Shown in pieces: positions 26,673-39,157 of a stretch of DNA of 64,000 bases (within the stretch, counting starts at the first letter, position 1; every line of letters starts with the position of its first letter). This DNA comes from Azolla caroliniana (taxonomy: Eukaryota > Plantae > Polypodiophyta): contig JBHGNT010000002.1 of NCBI GenBank assembly GCA_043228905.1, positions 22,134,001 to 22,198,000 of the forward strand. Reading direction: 5' to 3'. Position numbers and translations under genes: made by a program. The notes under the pieces were generated by a model. It ran no database searches. It had not been told where the DNA came from and saw only the letters and a list, made by a program, of their open reading frames with translations.

Positions 26673-27681
26673 ATACTCATATATCTTGGACATAAATATG
26701 ATTGACCTAATTCTAGTCCTAAGTATTTTATTCTATTACAGAAAGGGAATGTGCACGAGTTGCACGTCTAGATAGAATAACTAGCGTCTTCCGGTTACAT
26801 TTCAATTATGGTTTAGGGAGATGCGCGAAATCTCAACGAAATACTTGCTACTAAGTTTTGTGTACAAACTAGAGCATTTCACACTCATATATCTTGGACA
26901 TAAACTTGATTAACCTAATTTTGTTTTTAGGTATTTTATTCTACTACAGAAAGGAGGTGTGTGCGAGTTGCATGTCTAGATAGGATAACTAGTGTCTTCC
27001 AATTGCACTTCATTAGTGCAAAACCTAAACGGAATTCTCGCTACTAAGTTTTGCGTACAAACTAGAGCATTTCACACTCATATATCTTGGACATAAACTT
27101 GATTAACCTAATTTTGTTCTTAGGTATTTTATTCTACTACACAAAGGGTGTGTGTGCGAGTTGCATGTCTAGATAGGATAACTAGTGTTTTCCAGTTGCA
27201 CTTCATTAGTGCAAAACCTAAACGGAATTCTTGCTACTAAGTTTTGCGTAGGAACTAGAGCCTTTCTTACTCTTATATCTTGGACATAAACTTCATTAAC
27301 CTAATTCTGGCCCTAGGTATTTTATTCTATTACAGAAAGCGAGCGTGTGCGAGTTGCATGTCTAGATAGGATAACTGGTGTGTTCCAGTTGTAGTTCAAT
27401 TAGGGGTTAGGAAGAAGTGCAAAAACCTCAATGAAAAACTTGCTACTAAGTTTTGCGCCGGAACTAGAGCATTTCATTCTAATATATCTTGGATATAAAT
27501 CCGATTAACTTAATTTTGGTCCTAGGTATTTTATTCTATTTTAGAAAGGGAGTGTGTGCAAGTTGCACGTCCGGATAGGATAACTGGTGTCTTCCAATTG
27601 AACTTTAATTAGGGATTCGGGAGATGTGCAAAACCTCAACGAAATTGCTACTAAGTTTTGCGCATGACCTTGAGCATTTCA
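26673..27681. repeat. Tandem array of 5 units (~208, 193, 193, ~208, ~206 bp)
   Basis: Units start at about 26673, 26881, 27074, 27267 and 27475 with catatatcttggacataaa..gtattttattcta..gagttgca.gtctagatag.ataact..gctactaagttttg..gagcatttc. Confidence 0.95.
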
Positions 27682-28017
27682 TTGGAATCAATAAAAACTT
27701 TCTAAATTTCTTCCAAGCCAAAAGGACAACCATAATCCTTGAATGATTACGACACTCATTGGAATCAACAGTTCACAAGAAATGTATTTTTGTAGGTATA
27801 TATAAAAAAATATTGTTCATAATTCTAACTCAGATACAAGCAAAATGAAGTCTCGACTCTGTTACATGGAGTGCCTTGATCGGCAAATAGATCAGATAGA
27901 AGTAGTAATACATAAGAGATAAGAGAAATGTCCCGATAAAAAATGGCCACATCGCCTTTTCTTGCTGTTGATCTTATTCGCAACCTCGAGTTGCTCAATC
28001 AACACATTTGCTTTGTA

Positions 28018-28205
28018 CCAAAATGGGATCGATGACAATGAGCTCTCTTATCCCTTTTATAGGCTACATGAACTCCATTTCCAAATAAAAATACTAAATC
28101 CTTCTTTTTGCATTTGAACCAAAATGGGATCGTAGACTATGAGCTTTCTTATCCCTTATATAGGCACTTGGAGATCCTCTCCGAAATACAAATAATAAAT
28201 CCTTC
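28018..28205. repeat. Tandem duplication, period ~100 bp
   Basis: accaaaatgggatcg...atgagct.tcttatccctt.tataggc...aaatccttctt occurs twice. Confidence 0.8.
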
Positions 28206-28295
28206 TTCTAGCATGTACCTTGATTTTAACCATTGATATGCATCTATAGTTATGCCCCAAGGGGGCCTCCACTTGACACACTAAAGTCGACATAT

Positions 28296-28372
28296 TGTCT
28301 CCGTAGGGTTTAAACCCTTGACCTTTTCATTTTGAGAGTAAGTTCTTGGCAATTGAACTATATCTTTTTGTT
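28296..28372 (-). pseudogene. Degenerate tRNA-like sequence (SINE head or tRNA relic)
   Basis: Minus strand tatagttcaattgccaagaac-ttact-ctcaaaa-tgaaa-aggtc-aaggg-tttaaa-ccct has A-box, variable-loop and B-box spacing like a tRNA. The D stem gttc/gaac pairs. Confidence 0.45.
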
Positions 28373-30812
28373 GTCTTGAGCCTCATCCAATCACATGTCT
28401 TTCTAGTCATACCTTTGTCCTAACCTTCAACCTTTCATAAACCTAGAGTTTGATGATCTTCTTCCCATGAGCACACCACATCATGACATTGTGTGGTTTT
28501 GTGCATTGATTGGGGATGACGCCTATGGCCGACAAGCTCGATGCATTTTGAAACTTACTCAATGCAAAATATTTTGGACGTACACCCACCATGACGATGA
28601 TGTAGTTATCAAAGACATCATCTTCGCAACAAGCTCTAGTCCCTTAGTGAGGGAGATCAAATTAGGTTTGGTAGATTTGAACAAGTTATCAAATCACAAC
28701 ACCTTTGACAAATTCAGATTTGAGAATGAGCTCGTCTTTCAGGTAAACGTGGTCTACATGTAAGATGCAAGATTTGTTAGAGTATTGAAACAATGTGATG
28801 ATTGGTCATTTTAGTGTCATGAAGGTCCTTGGACTTGTATAGTTAGATTTGTGATGGCCTTAATAATGGAAGTTATTCAACACATTTTTCATCTTGTGAT
28901 GCTTATGCTTGGTTATTCAACAAGTTTGTCATATTGTGATGCTTATAGTTTGTTGAAAGGCCCCTACCATCACCCCTATAATAAACCTTCGGCCTCAATT
29001 CTACAATCACTTTTTGATCCTCAATAAACCTTGGGCCTCAATTCAACCTAAAATGTGCCCATTGCATCTACCTTATTTAGGCAGAGTATTATATACAATT
29101 GTACATTTACCAACATAAATATAGAGCTCGAAAATAGGTTGCATTGGCAGTGAAGATTATGCCTTATTGTTGCAACATCACATAGAACCAAGAAGTTGGC
29201 ATCAAGTCCACCTATGCTCCCATCTTATCAACATGGCGAACACATTTCATTGGTTTCTAATTGGCTCATCTAAAGACATTGTTGAGAGAAGTTGTCTTAA
29301 AAACAACGAAATTCAAACTTTGCTACATCCAATTTTTGGTTGTCTATCCTCAGAGGAGTTTCAATGAATGTAGAGAACAGTGAGGACATGATCTTGATGT
29401 GATACACCAAATTTTGTATAGCCTTGTATATACTATTACTCCATTTATTGATTAATTGCTATTATTTTTCGCTTACTACTCTATTTTGTAGATATTTGAT
29501 TTACATTTAGGGATCACCACTAGGATGCGTGTTGTAACACCTATGCAATTGTTATAAACTAGTTTTGAGGCAAAATAGAAAACCAAATTCTAAATTCAAG
29601 TTTTGTACATCCTTTGATGCTCATACTAATTTGTGGTTTCCTCTCAATGTATATAAACTAGGAAAGGCTCTTTAGGAATGTTTGACTTCTATTGCTCAAG
29701 AAGATTCCAAAGTTGACCTACTAAAAAAAAGGCACATTAAGTCATATTTAAATGTGGAATGGGCACAATTTAACTTGATAATAAACTAAGTTGAAGTTTT
29801 ATTTCATCATTAGTACCATTAAGTGCTTTCGTACTATCATTTACTCATCAGATGTCTTGCAAATATATTTATGATCAATGAGTAAAAGACAATGAAAGTT
29901 AGTCCAAGGACGAATGCATTATTGACACGTTGGACTCACTTACATAACTAGATATTGGCCTTTAGAAATTCAACCATAGATAAATAACAAAAAAGTATGT
30001 TAAAACAATAAAAAAGGTGGATAGGCTTGATGTCAAACATAAGAAAGCGTTCTTGAATTTGTAGAGGAGTAAGAGAGAAACAATGAAAAGGGAAGAAAAG
30101 AAGGTGCATACCTCGAATCAGATAGCACACGTGTTGAGCGAACGACATGATTGATATGAAATGACAAATACATCGTATTCAACTTTTAAACATTTCAACT
30201 TGTGGAAAGAATGCACATTCCTAATGGCCAAAAAAGAGACATGGATATTTTGCCTTTGGACGATCGTATATTTTGATAGTCCTTGGTAGCCTTTTGTTGT
30301 ACTTCCAATTTATATCTACCCACCTCATACATTATAACACTAATTCCAAAAATAATATCATTTGTTTAATTGGAATAGCCAAAACTTTAGTAAATCCATG
30401 CTACGGAGCTAATGATTAATCTACACGTGCATAACGTTAGGTGACACAAAATGTTAACATACCATACACACTTGTCAAAGAATCCATGTTAAGGAGAAAT
30501 GATTGGTATGGCGTTGTTGCATAAGATAAGAAGCTTCGAGAACAATTCCTATGATATTTTGTTCCACCATTATAATACTTGATTGCATCACATATAGATA
30601 GATAGACATAGAAGCCATATAAACCATCTACTATCTTCAAAGTATTTGTAGAAGTGAAAATAATAATCAAGTATTTGTGGGCGATAGTATTTGATCAATA
30701 TATGCACAAAAATCCATATATAAATGGGAAGATTTAAGTTCACATAATTGCATTCTCATTAGGAAGCCAATAATCTATAGGCAATAGTACGAGGAAAATG
30801 ATGTGTCTCAAA

Positions 30813-32986
30813 TCAACAAAATTTTGATCTTATGGAATCTCTTCTTGTTGCATGGTGTCGAAGATGTGGCGTGGAGAGCATCTTCCATCCGATTCTTTTC
30901 CTTTTCTTATCATGTACTACTATATACTTCTTTTGGCCCACCTCCACCAACAATGTGTGCTCATGGGGAGTTATTGTTAGAAGAGTGCAAGACCAACCCG
31001 TTGTAATTGGCCATGTGTTAGTTGAAGTCTCAATGGATTTTGCATTCATTTGGCCACTTACAAGAGCACTCAAAATCTCATGTAATTCAGATTTGGGTGA
31101 ACTGCCAAATGTTGGGCTTACAATCTCAACATTACCAAGTTCATTATTATTGTTGAAGGTAGTGTCTCTATAAACAGAGTTCGGGCTATAATTATCATCC
31201 ACGCATATACCTCGCTTGATTCGTTGGGCATCATTCACGTGATAAACAACCCAAGGATGCCCTAGTGAAAAAGACAAAGCACAAACGTACAAACAAATTT
31301 AAAAAAATACACATGGAAGAGTGAGTGAGTAAGCACAAAAGTACAAACAAGATTTTAAATGCAGAAGAGATAGTATAAAGCTCCATACTTAGAGCTTGTT
31401 CAGGAGTTAATCTTGATTTGACATCAGAACGAAGCATTCCACTTATCAGATCTTTAGCTGAGGAGGATATATTGTCCCATGGTTCACTTGAAAAATCCAA
31501 GTGTCCTCCTTGAATTGCCTTAAGAATTGTGTGCCTTGTTGTCCCCCAGAAAGGCGGAACGCCAGAAAGCAATATATATAGAATTACACCCACACTCCAC
31601 ATATCGATCTCCTTTGAATACTCACCCTTTAACACCTCCGGTGCAATGTAATAGGTACTACCAGCTACATTGGAGAACTTTTGTCCTAAAAAGGCACAAT
31701 ATTGTCATGGTTTTAACATATCCTTAACAATTTTATATCACAATAACTTTTGCCCCTAAAAAGGCACAATATTATCATGGGTGACGATTTCTCAAATCAA
31801 AAGAAGACTAAAGACATCCCCCCCTATGTTACTTCACACACATTGCGCCAGATTAGAAACTAACACCATGACACCCTCAAGGCAAGGAAAGCACACACGG
31901 CTAGGTTCCACAGTGTGGAGCTCATAATGTCGAACAATGTAGGGTAACAAGAAGAAAAGTGTGTTTGCTTCCCACATGGGAATTGTCTTCTAAGACTTAA
32001 AGATTGTGGTCTATGTTTATATGTATATGTATATGTGTGTGTAAGTGTAAGTGTATGTGTATGTGTGCAATACAAGACTTTTGTTCAATGTGTCAACAAT
32101 TTGCAATACCTGGAGAGAACTCGAGAGCCAGGCCAAAGTCGACGACCTTAATGGGAGAGCATTCGGACTCATCCACGAAGAGGATGTTCTCGGGTTTAAG
32201 GTCTCGGTGCATGACCCCGAAGCTATGGCAAAATCGGACGGCTTCCAACAAGCTCTTGATAATGTGGGCGGCTTGGGGCTCTTGATACCGCTTCTTCCGT
32301 AAGATACGGTCGAAGAGTTCACCCCCACGGCAGAGGTCAATGATGAGGTGGACGAACGAGGTGTCCTCGATGACTTGGTGGAGTCTGGCGATGAGACAAG
32401 ATGAATTGTAACTGGAGTTGGGGATTGTTTCTATGCCGGACGAATCGGTGATAGGCGAGGTTTGCACACCGGATGAATCGGAGCTAGGGCTAGTACATGA
32501 ATTGGAACTTGCTAGGCCAGTTCCCAATCCGGAGGAGATTGGTGAATCTGCCAAGCCAGACAAGCGGCACATGATCCGAACCTCTCGTTTAATGTCATCG
32601 TTAGTGACATTGACGCCCGGCGATTTCGGGATGGATTTGCATGCGAACGAAGATCCTGGCGATGATTTGCTCGTGCAGAGACGGGTCACTGATGATTGTC
32701 CACGGCCGAGCACGGGACCCAAGGTGTAGAGAGATGATAGTGGGGATGATGTGGTGGTGACCAATCCATCCCAGTGGCCATTGTGGCTGCCACAATCACT
32801 GAAGATCATCATATGATTGCCAGATTCATCATAACTAGGGTTTTCTGAGGAGGCCAATGGTAATGATGGGTCGTCCCTGGTATGAAAGATCCCACCTGAT
32901 GAGGATATGGATTGATCACCACTACATTCTGCGGGAGATATTGCTGCTATCGATGCCAAAATCGCTAGATTTAAACAATTCCCCAT
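30813..32986 (-). CDS. CDPK/CRK/PEPKR-superfamily Ser/Thr kinase without EF hands, ~540 aa, 3 exons (32986-32110, 31685-31389, 31261-30813)
   Basis: MGNC start (myristoylation/palmitoylation-type), LGRGQS, FACKSIPK, REVRIM, LCRGGELFDRI, HRDLKPEN, DFG, GSTYYIAPE, DMWSVGVILYILLSGVPPFWG, HPW. GT-AG junctions stay in frame (877+297+449 = 1623 nt). Confidence 0.9.
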
Positions 32987-33705
32987 CTTTCCATCCACGA
33001 TTCTGTATATAATCATCACACACAAAAGAGAAAGATTAATGTGAAAAACGCACATTACTTAGAAATCGACCCATCCAATCCAGAATGCAAACAAAACAGA
33101 AAGAAGAAGTAGAAACCCACCTGGGGGATTTTGATCTCAGGATCAGAAACCCACGACTTCTTTGATCCGATTCAATTCCTATTTTTTTCTTGGCGAATGT
33201 CCAGATCAAATCGCCCACCTGCCCGCCCCCCCCCCCCTTCCTTTCCAAATTAGGAAAAGAAAGATCTGCTTAGATTTGTGTTCCAGAATCTTCCGTTTAG
33301 TTTTTTTTTTACAAAATCTCGTGTATTATGTGATTCTCTCTGATCGAAACAAATTTGCCTTATTTTCTCTCCTTAAGAAAACAGACATATTAATAAGATT
33401 CAGAAGAAGTTTGTATTGGTTTTAGAGGAGGACTCTGTGGTACATGTTGCTTCTGTTTTCTTCGTTCTTGTTAACAGAAGAGATATAGATAGGGAGGGGG
33501 AGAAGTAGGAAGGATTTGTAAGATTTGGGCACTTTCTTCTTATAAGAAAGACTACAGAAGAAGAAGAAGAAGAAGAAGAAGCTTGCTTTTGAGTGTGGTT
33601 TCCTTCTTGTCTTCTTTCATGTGCCAAAAAGAAAACAAACTTTTACCATCTACTTCACTTACTAATATCAACTAGCAGAACATGGATGGATCATAGAACT
33701 TAAAA

Positions 33706-33863
<158 letters not shown>

Positions 33864-36800
33864 CTCGGACACATGCGGCTCCGGGATCTAATACCCCCCC
33901 GGGTTTCGGCCCTGTGATAGGTCAGTTAGAGCCAAGGTCGCCTGAATGCCGCCCATGCCCATGTCCAATGGCCCACCCCACTCGTGCTCGTAGAGTCACC
34001 GGGCCAATGATACCCTACCCTGCGTCTCACCCACCGTTCTCTTACAATTCGAGGGTTCCCATGATCATCTCTTGCAATTCAATCCTCATGAGGAATGTCA
34101 CTCCCTATATGTATGTATGTATGCATGTATATATATTTATATTTAGTGCTCATGACAATCTAATGATCGGAAGATCCTCCGAGTATTTGTCTCCATGGAA
34201 TGTTTGTATGATAGTTCGCGAGTCTACATAACTTTCCACTTAAAGAACATGAGCTCATCAAGAATCGGTTGATTGAAGCCTAACATACATTTTTATTTTT
34301 TTCTTTTCGGGGGATATGGGTGTGGTTGTATATATATATATATCATGCGTGACAAGTAACAATTTATAAATCGTCGATTAAATTACTCATCCTTAATGAT
34401 CATGAATATTTGTAGGGGTTGAGATAAATGCCAATGCTTTCGTTTGATTGTGGGGTCCAAGATTAAGGTTGAGGTTTGTGGCGTCTCACACCTAGATGCT
34501 ATGACAACAAGAAAATAAAATCATATTATTAGTAACCATGTAACTTGTGCATGACATATTGTGACAACACCATCGTTTGTTACCACCCACCACTATTTAT
34601 TCTATAAAACCATGTACTCTACGTATAGGACAATGTTTGACATCCTCTCAAGATTACAAACTATTCCATTACGGGCAAGTAATATTTGAAGGATGTACTA
34701 ATGAGAAAATAGTGTGTTATAGGCTATAGGTGGTTTTGTGAATTGAATAAAGAATATGCTAAAAGAGAGAATCTTTATTGTATTTTGGTGGGGGCTCGGC
34801 TCTCTCGATGCCATTTAATAAAGAATATACCAAAGATGGAAATATCATTGTAGAAAATGGGGGGGAAGGGATATAAAGTCAAATGATTGATCTTGGCATC
34901 ATTACGATAATATGCAAAACTACATTGATCATGAAGTTTAATCTACAATTGAAATAACAAGATTTAATGGAAGAATCTAGATAAAAATATGCATACACTG
35001 AGGAAGTCTATGTAGCAATCATTGACTGCTTTGCTAAGAACCTAACCCAAGTGACAACAAAAAACAAAGAGTGAGAGGGTTACTAGGGACTTTCATGCCA
35101 AATTTTGATATTAATAGAAAGAGGAGCACATTGACATATGAGGACCACTCCGACATATAAGTGGAGATGGTTGCTAGGGAGTTTGTTTCTTGACTTGCCT
35201 TCACAGAGCTCGTCGATCCCAACCACACTATCATGCAAAGGGTATCATAACCTTGACTCTTATGCAAAAGTGGTTGTCCAGAGTTCATATTGACTATTGC
35301 TTATGGTAGATAAGAGTAAATTGGAGAACATATTTGTTCCTTTTTCTAATCTCCTTTAATTCCTTTGTGTACACTTATTTATATATTTGATCATGATCCA
35401 GATATGTCAAATGAGTGAAAACACATATTTGCAAATATATGGAGGGTCAATGGGCTACAATAAACTTCCAGTGATGTGAGTGAAATGCTTAGAAGGTGGT
35501 GAGAACACGTGCTCTCACACCAATATTAATTGAGAATCAAATGTTCATATGAAGCAATGGTAAAGAAGAATGCATGATTCATTCCCATGCCCATATAGAG
35601 TAACTAGGGGGAACCAATAAGGCAAATACATGAAAACTAAAAAACCAATTTCTCTTAGGCAAGAAAAATGGGCTACCAATCGTAAAGAAGAGGCTCGGGC
35701 AGAGGTTGAAACTCATGAAGCAAATGAAAAGTATCATCTTCTGATTGGGAGTTCAAAATGTACACGTTTAGGGCCCTCGTACCTAAAAGTAGCCTACTAG
35801 GGAGTTCAAAATGAGTTGTGGCATCGAGAAGGTTGCCAAGAAATAATAGGATATCAACAAGATGAAGCTATCCAAGTTGGCCTTTTCTCTTTACCTCTCA
35901 AGTTGGTAAGTGATTACTTAATCATGCCAATCCATATGACAAGTTTGATACTATCATGGAGTTAGAACATTGTTATCAATACTAGAAATTGGATCCAACA
36001 ATATAGGAACAACAAAAGCTATTCTATTAGAATGAAACCAAAACGTCAACAACTCCTTTACTCTTCTATTCATGTGAGATGGCCATATAGTGCATGCCTA
36101 GGGGTTAGAAGAATAACCAAAATTCACCCCACTTGGCATTATTAACAAATGAATCATTGAGGTTTAATCCTACAAGACCTAAACCCACCAAGCATTAGAT
36201 ATGGAATGAAATTTTAAACAAGATCAACAATGCTCTTAAGCGTTTAGTTTTTTCTTTTGTTAAAGATTTTCTTCAATAGTATTAAGCTTTTAGCTTCTTC
36301 ATTAGGGGAGGCATTGAAAATAAACCTATCGGTGGCACCCCAAATCTCTGATAAAGATAGCTTTTGTACTAAATATATCGAAGGTTTTCATCTACGTAGG
36401 TGAAGGTAACATCATGACTAAGTTGAAGTTGATTTATTGATGTTTTTTTGTTTTGGCAATTTACATATAAAACTCTTCCACAAATGGGTGAAAATTACCT
36501 AATCAAATATAATCAAGCTTTTTAGAAAAGAAGAAGAAGACATAATAGAATACCAAATCAAATATGATTGGAAAGTTAGGAACCAACAACGAACAAGAAA
36601 GTTATTGATGAAAATGAGAAAGTTAGGAAACAACAACCAACAAGAAAGTTGTTGATGAAATGTCTTCCAACCAGTGTTGGGCAAACTTCTAGACCCCACA
36701 AAAAGCTCCCTATTTCTCATTAAGTTAATTGGATTTTTCAAAATTTTCGATGCTCATTTTCCTACTAATCTACTTGTCATCTCATATATGCAACGAGAAA

Positions 36801-37080
36801 TTATTTAATTTTATTTAATTATTCTTCTTAGTACAATTTCACAATTTAAGCCTCAAATAAGAAATCATAAAACTAGTGGAGTAGTTAATCTTGAAGGATC
36901 ACATCCATCATATCTTGAGAGACCTTTATCTGATGTCTTCTTCTTCTTCTTTCATTGAGAGGCAACTTTTCACTTGATTCCCTCTCACTTGATTCCCTTC
37001 TTGATTTTTTCTACCTCGTCTTTGTATTGGGTTTTATAATTCTTTGGACTAGTTAGTAGCTGAATCACGTAGAAAGAGAC

Positions 37081-37084
<4 letters not shown>

Positions 37085-37147
<63 letters not shown>
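37085..37147. repeat. (CA)n microsatellite
   Basis: Direct reading. Confidence 0.95.
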
Positions 37148-37150
<3 letters not shown>

Positions 37151-38844
37151 TCTAACTCCATACATGTCTAAATGCAAAGAAATATTAGGCCTACCTAAGT
37201 TTGGTTTACACGAAATACATTGAGAAACTTTGAGGAAAATTACCATTTCAAAACTGAACCTACATATATAGCTCAGTTCATGAGTATTTATGATAAAATA
37301 ATGTTGAATATTTAGATATTCAATATTCAACATTCAACATTCAATGTAGTTGACAAGTTTCAGACGATTTTTTTGCTAAACTTCACTTTTTTGAACAACC
37401 ATTCCTCGATATAATTTGTTAAACTTCACTTTTTTGAACGATTATTCCTCAATACGACAGGTGGCCTTATGTAATCTAAAGGTCTTGGATTATATTTTAC
37501 TTTTTATCGAATATCAAATCGGAGCTTTTATCTTCTGCCACACTTTTATGAATCTTTCCATTAAAACATGGCTACTTACACACCTATAGTTTGTATAGAT
37601 AAAATGAGTTCCAACAAAAGGCATATACTTATTTTCACCCAAATTTTGTAATATGAAAATCCTTCTCAATCCCAACTTCATCATCAAATTTATAATGGAA
37701 GAAAATGACGCAAATGTGTTGACATAGTACTCCACATGACAAGGGCGCAGATTGTTTGGGCTAGGAGCCAAGGCTCAAGATATTGGCATCACTCTAGTTC
37801 ATGTGTTACTACAACTTACAAGCATCCCTTTGATATGTTATCTACTTGAGGCCGCAACCATGTTCACAACTAAGTTGTTTCATTATAGTTTGTAACAATT
37901 TTCCTTCCCAAATGAACCTCAATTGTTGATGATAAATGTGCTTCCCCTATTAAGTTACAAAAAATAAACTTTTGACATTGTGAATAGTGTGCATACTTAT
38001 AATCCAACCATTAGTATCCCTTGAATAAAATACTCTACCCTCAACTTTTTGTCCCAACGAATAGCATTTTAACATATAAGATCACTCAAAGTGCACTAGT
38101 GGCATACTCAAAAAATGTGAAAGCTTTGTTGTCATTGTTTTGTGGGATTTGAGCAAGTAATGTAGATAAAACATCATCTCCACCGATATACCCAAAACTA
38201 CTCAAGTTGAAACATGTAATAAAAAGTCTTCATCAAAATGAATGATAGATTGTTATCGAGATCATTGAGAGATATTTTTTATTTGGCTTGTAGCTTGACC
38301 AGAATCACATCCAGGCTAAAGAAATCCTAAAACTGATCACTTAAATACAGATATGGAGTGGATGGAAGGAGCTTGATTGTTCAACACATTAAAAAATGAA
38401 ATAATCAATAATGTTGGGATGGGGAGCGGGCCCTGAATTTGTGATAGGTTAGTATTAAAGTTATTTGATGAGCATTATTTAAAGATGTAAGTCATATGAC
38501 ATGAGAGTGCAAAAACTAACATGTCATTTGACATACAAATTTTAATAATGAAAAGCTCTATACGATGCGTCATTGTTATACATTTCATTACTATAGAAAG
38601 TACACAAAGATACACAAATAAACATAATTACCTCACAAAGATAATGAAATACATAAAATAAATATTGTGTTAATGTTTCTACTAATAAGCATAAATTGAC
38701 GTATTCGCATTCGTGGGGTTTCCCATTCGAGTGTAAACGAATACGTATACGAATGCATGGTCAAGTATTCTTTTAACCCAAAAAAAAACAACAAAAGAGA
38801 GTACATGAACTCCCTCCTTTTTTAGTTTCCTAGGATACAAAAAA

Positions 38845-39157
38845 GGGAAAAGTACCAGGATACCCCTGGAAGTTCGTCTATTTACCAGAATGCCCCTAGA
38901 AGTTCTAAATTTACCAAACTACCCCTATGTCCAAAAAATTACACTTTATAAAGTAATTATACACTCAAATCTACAAGCCCTATTTACCAAATATGGAAGA
39001 AATGGACCCAAACTAGCCCTATTTACCAAAGATTTGAGTGTATAATTACTTTATAAAGTGTAATTTTTTGAATGTAGGGGTAGTTTGGTAAATTTGGAAC
39101 TTCCAAGGGCATTCTGGTAAATAGACGAACTTCTAGGGGTATCCTGGTGCTTTTCCC
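38845..39157. mobile_element. Mutator-like (MULE) MITE, 313 bp, ~128-bp TIRs, 9-bp TSD TACAAAAAA
   Basis: gggaaaagtaccaggatacccc...acactcaaatct is the near-perfect reverse complement of agatttgagtgt...ggggtatcctggtgcttttccc. TACAAAAAA flanks both sides (38836-38844 and 39158-39166). Confidence 0.92.

Noticed and set aside
26673-27681. CRISPR-like array
   Set aside because: Whole units are homologous with no unique spacers, no cas genes are present, and the context is eukaryotic.
32987-33055. ORF-track N-terminal extension of the kinase (MCVFHINL...)
   Set aside because: Mostly looks like the 3' end of a 5' UTR intron (acceptor at ~33003); the MGNC start at 32986 fits CDPK N-termini.
34300-38300. 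Short ORFs in AT-rich intergenic DNA (also 24900-26600, 28400-30700, 40400-41900)
   Set aside because: No coherent motifs or splice-consistent models; most likely very old transposon debris.
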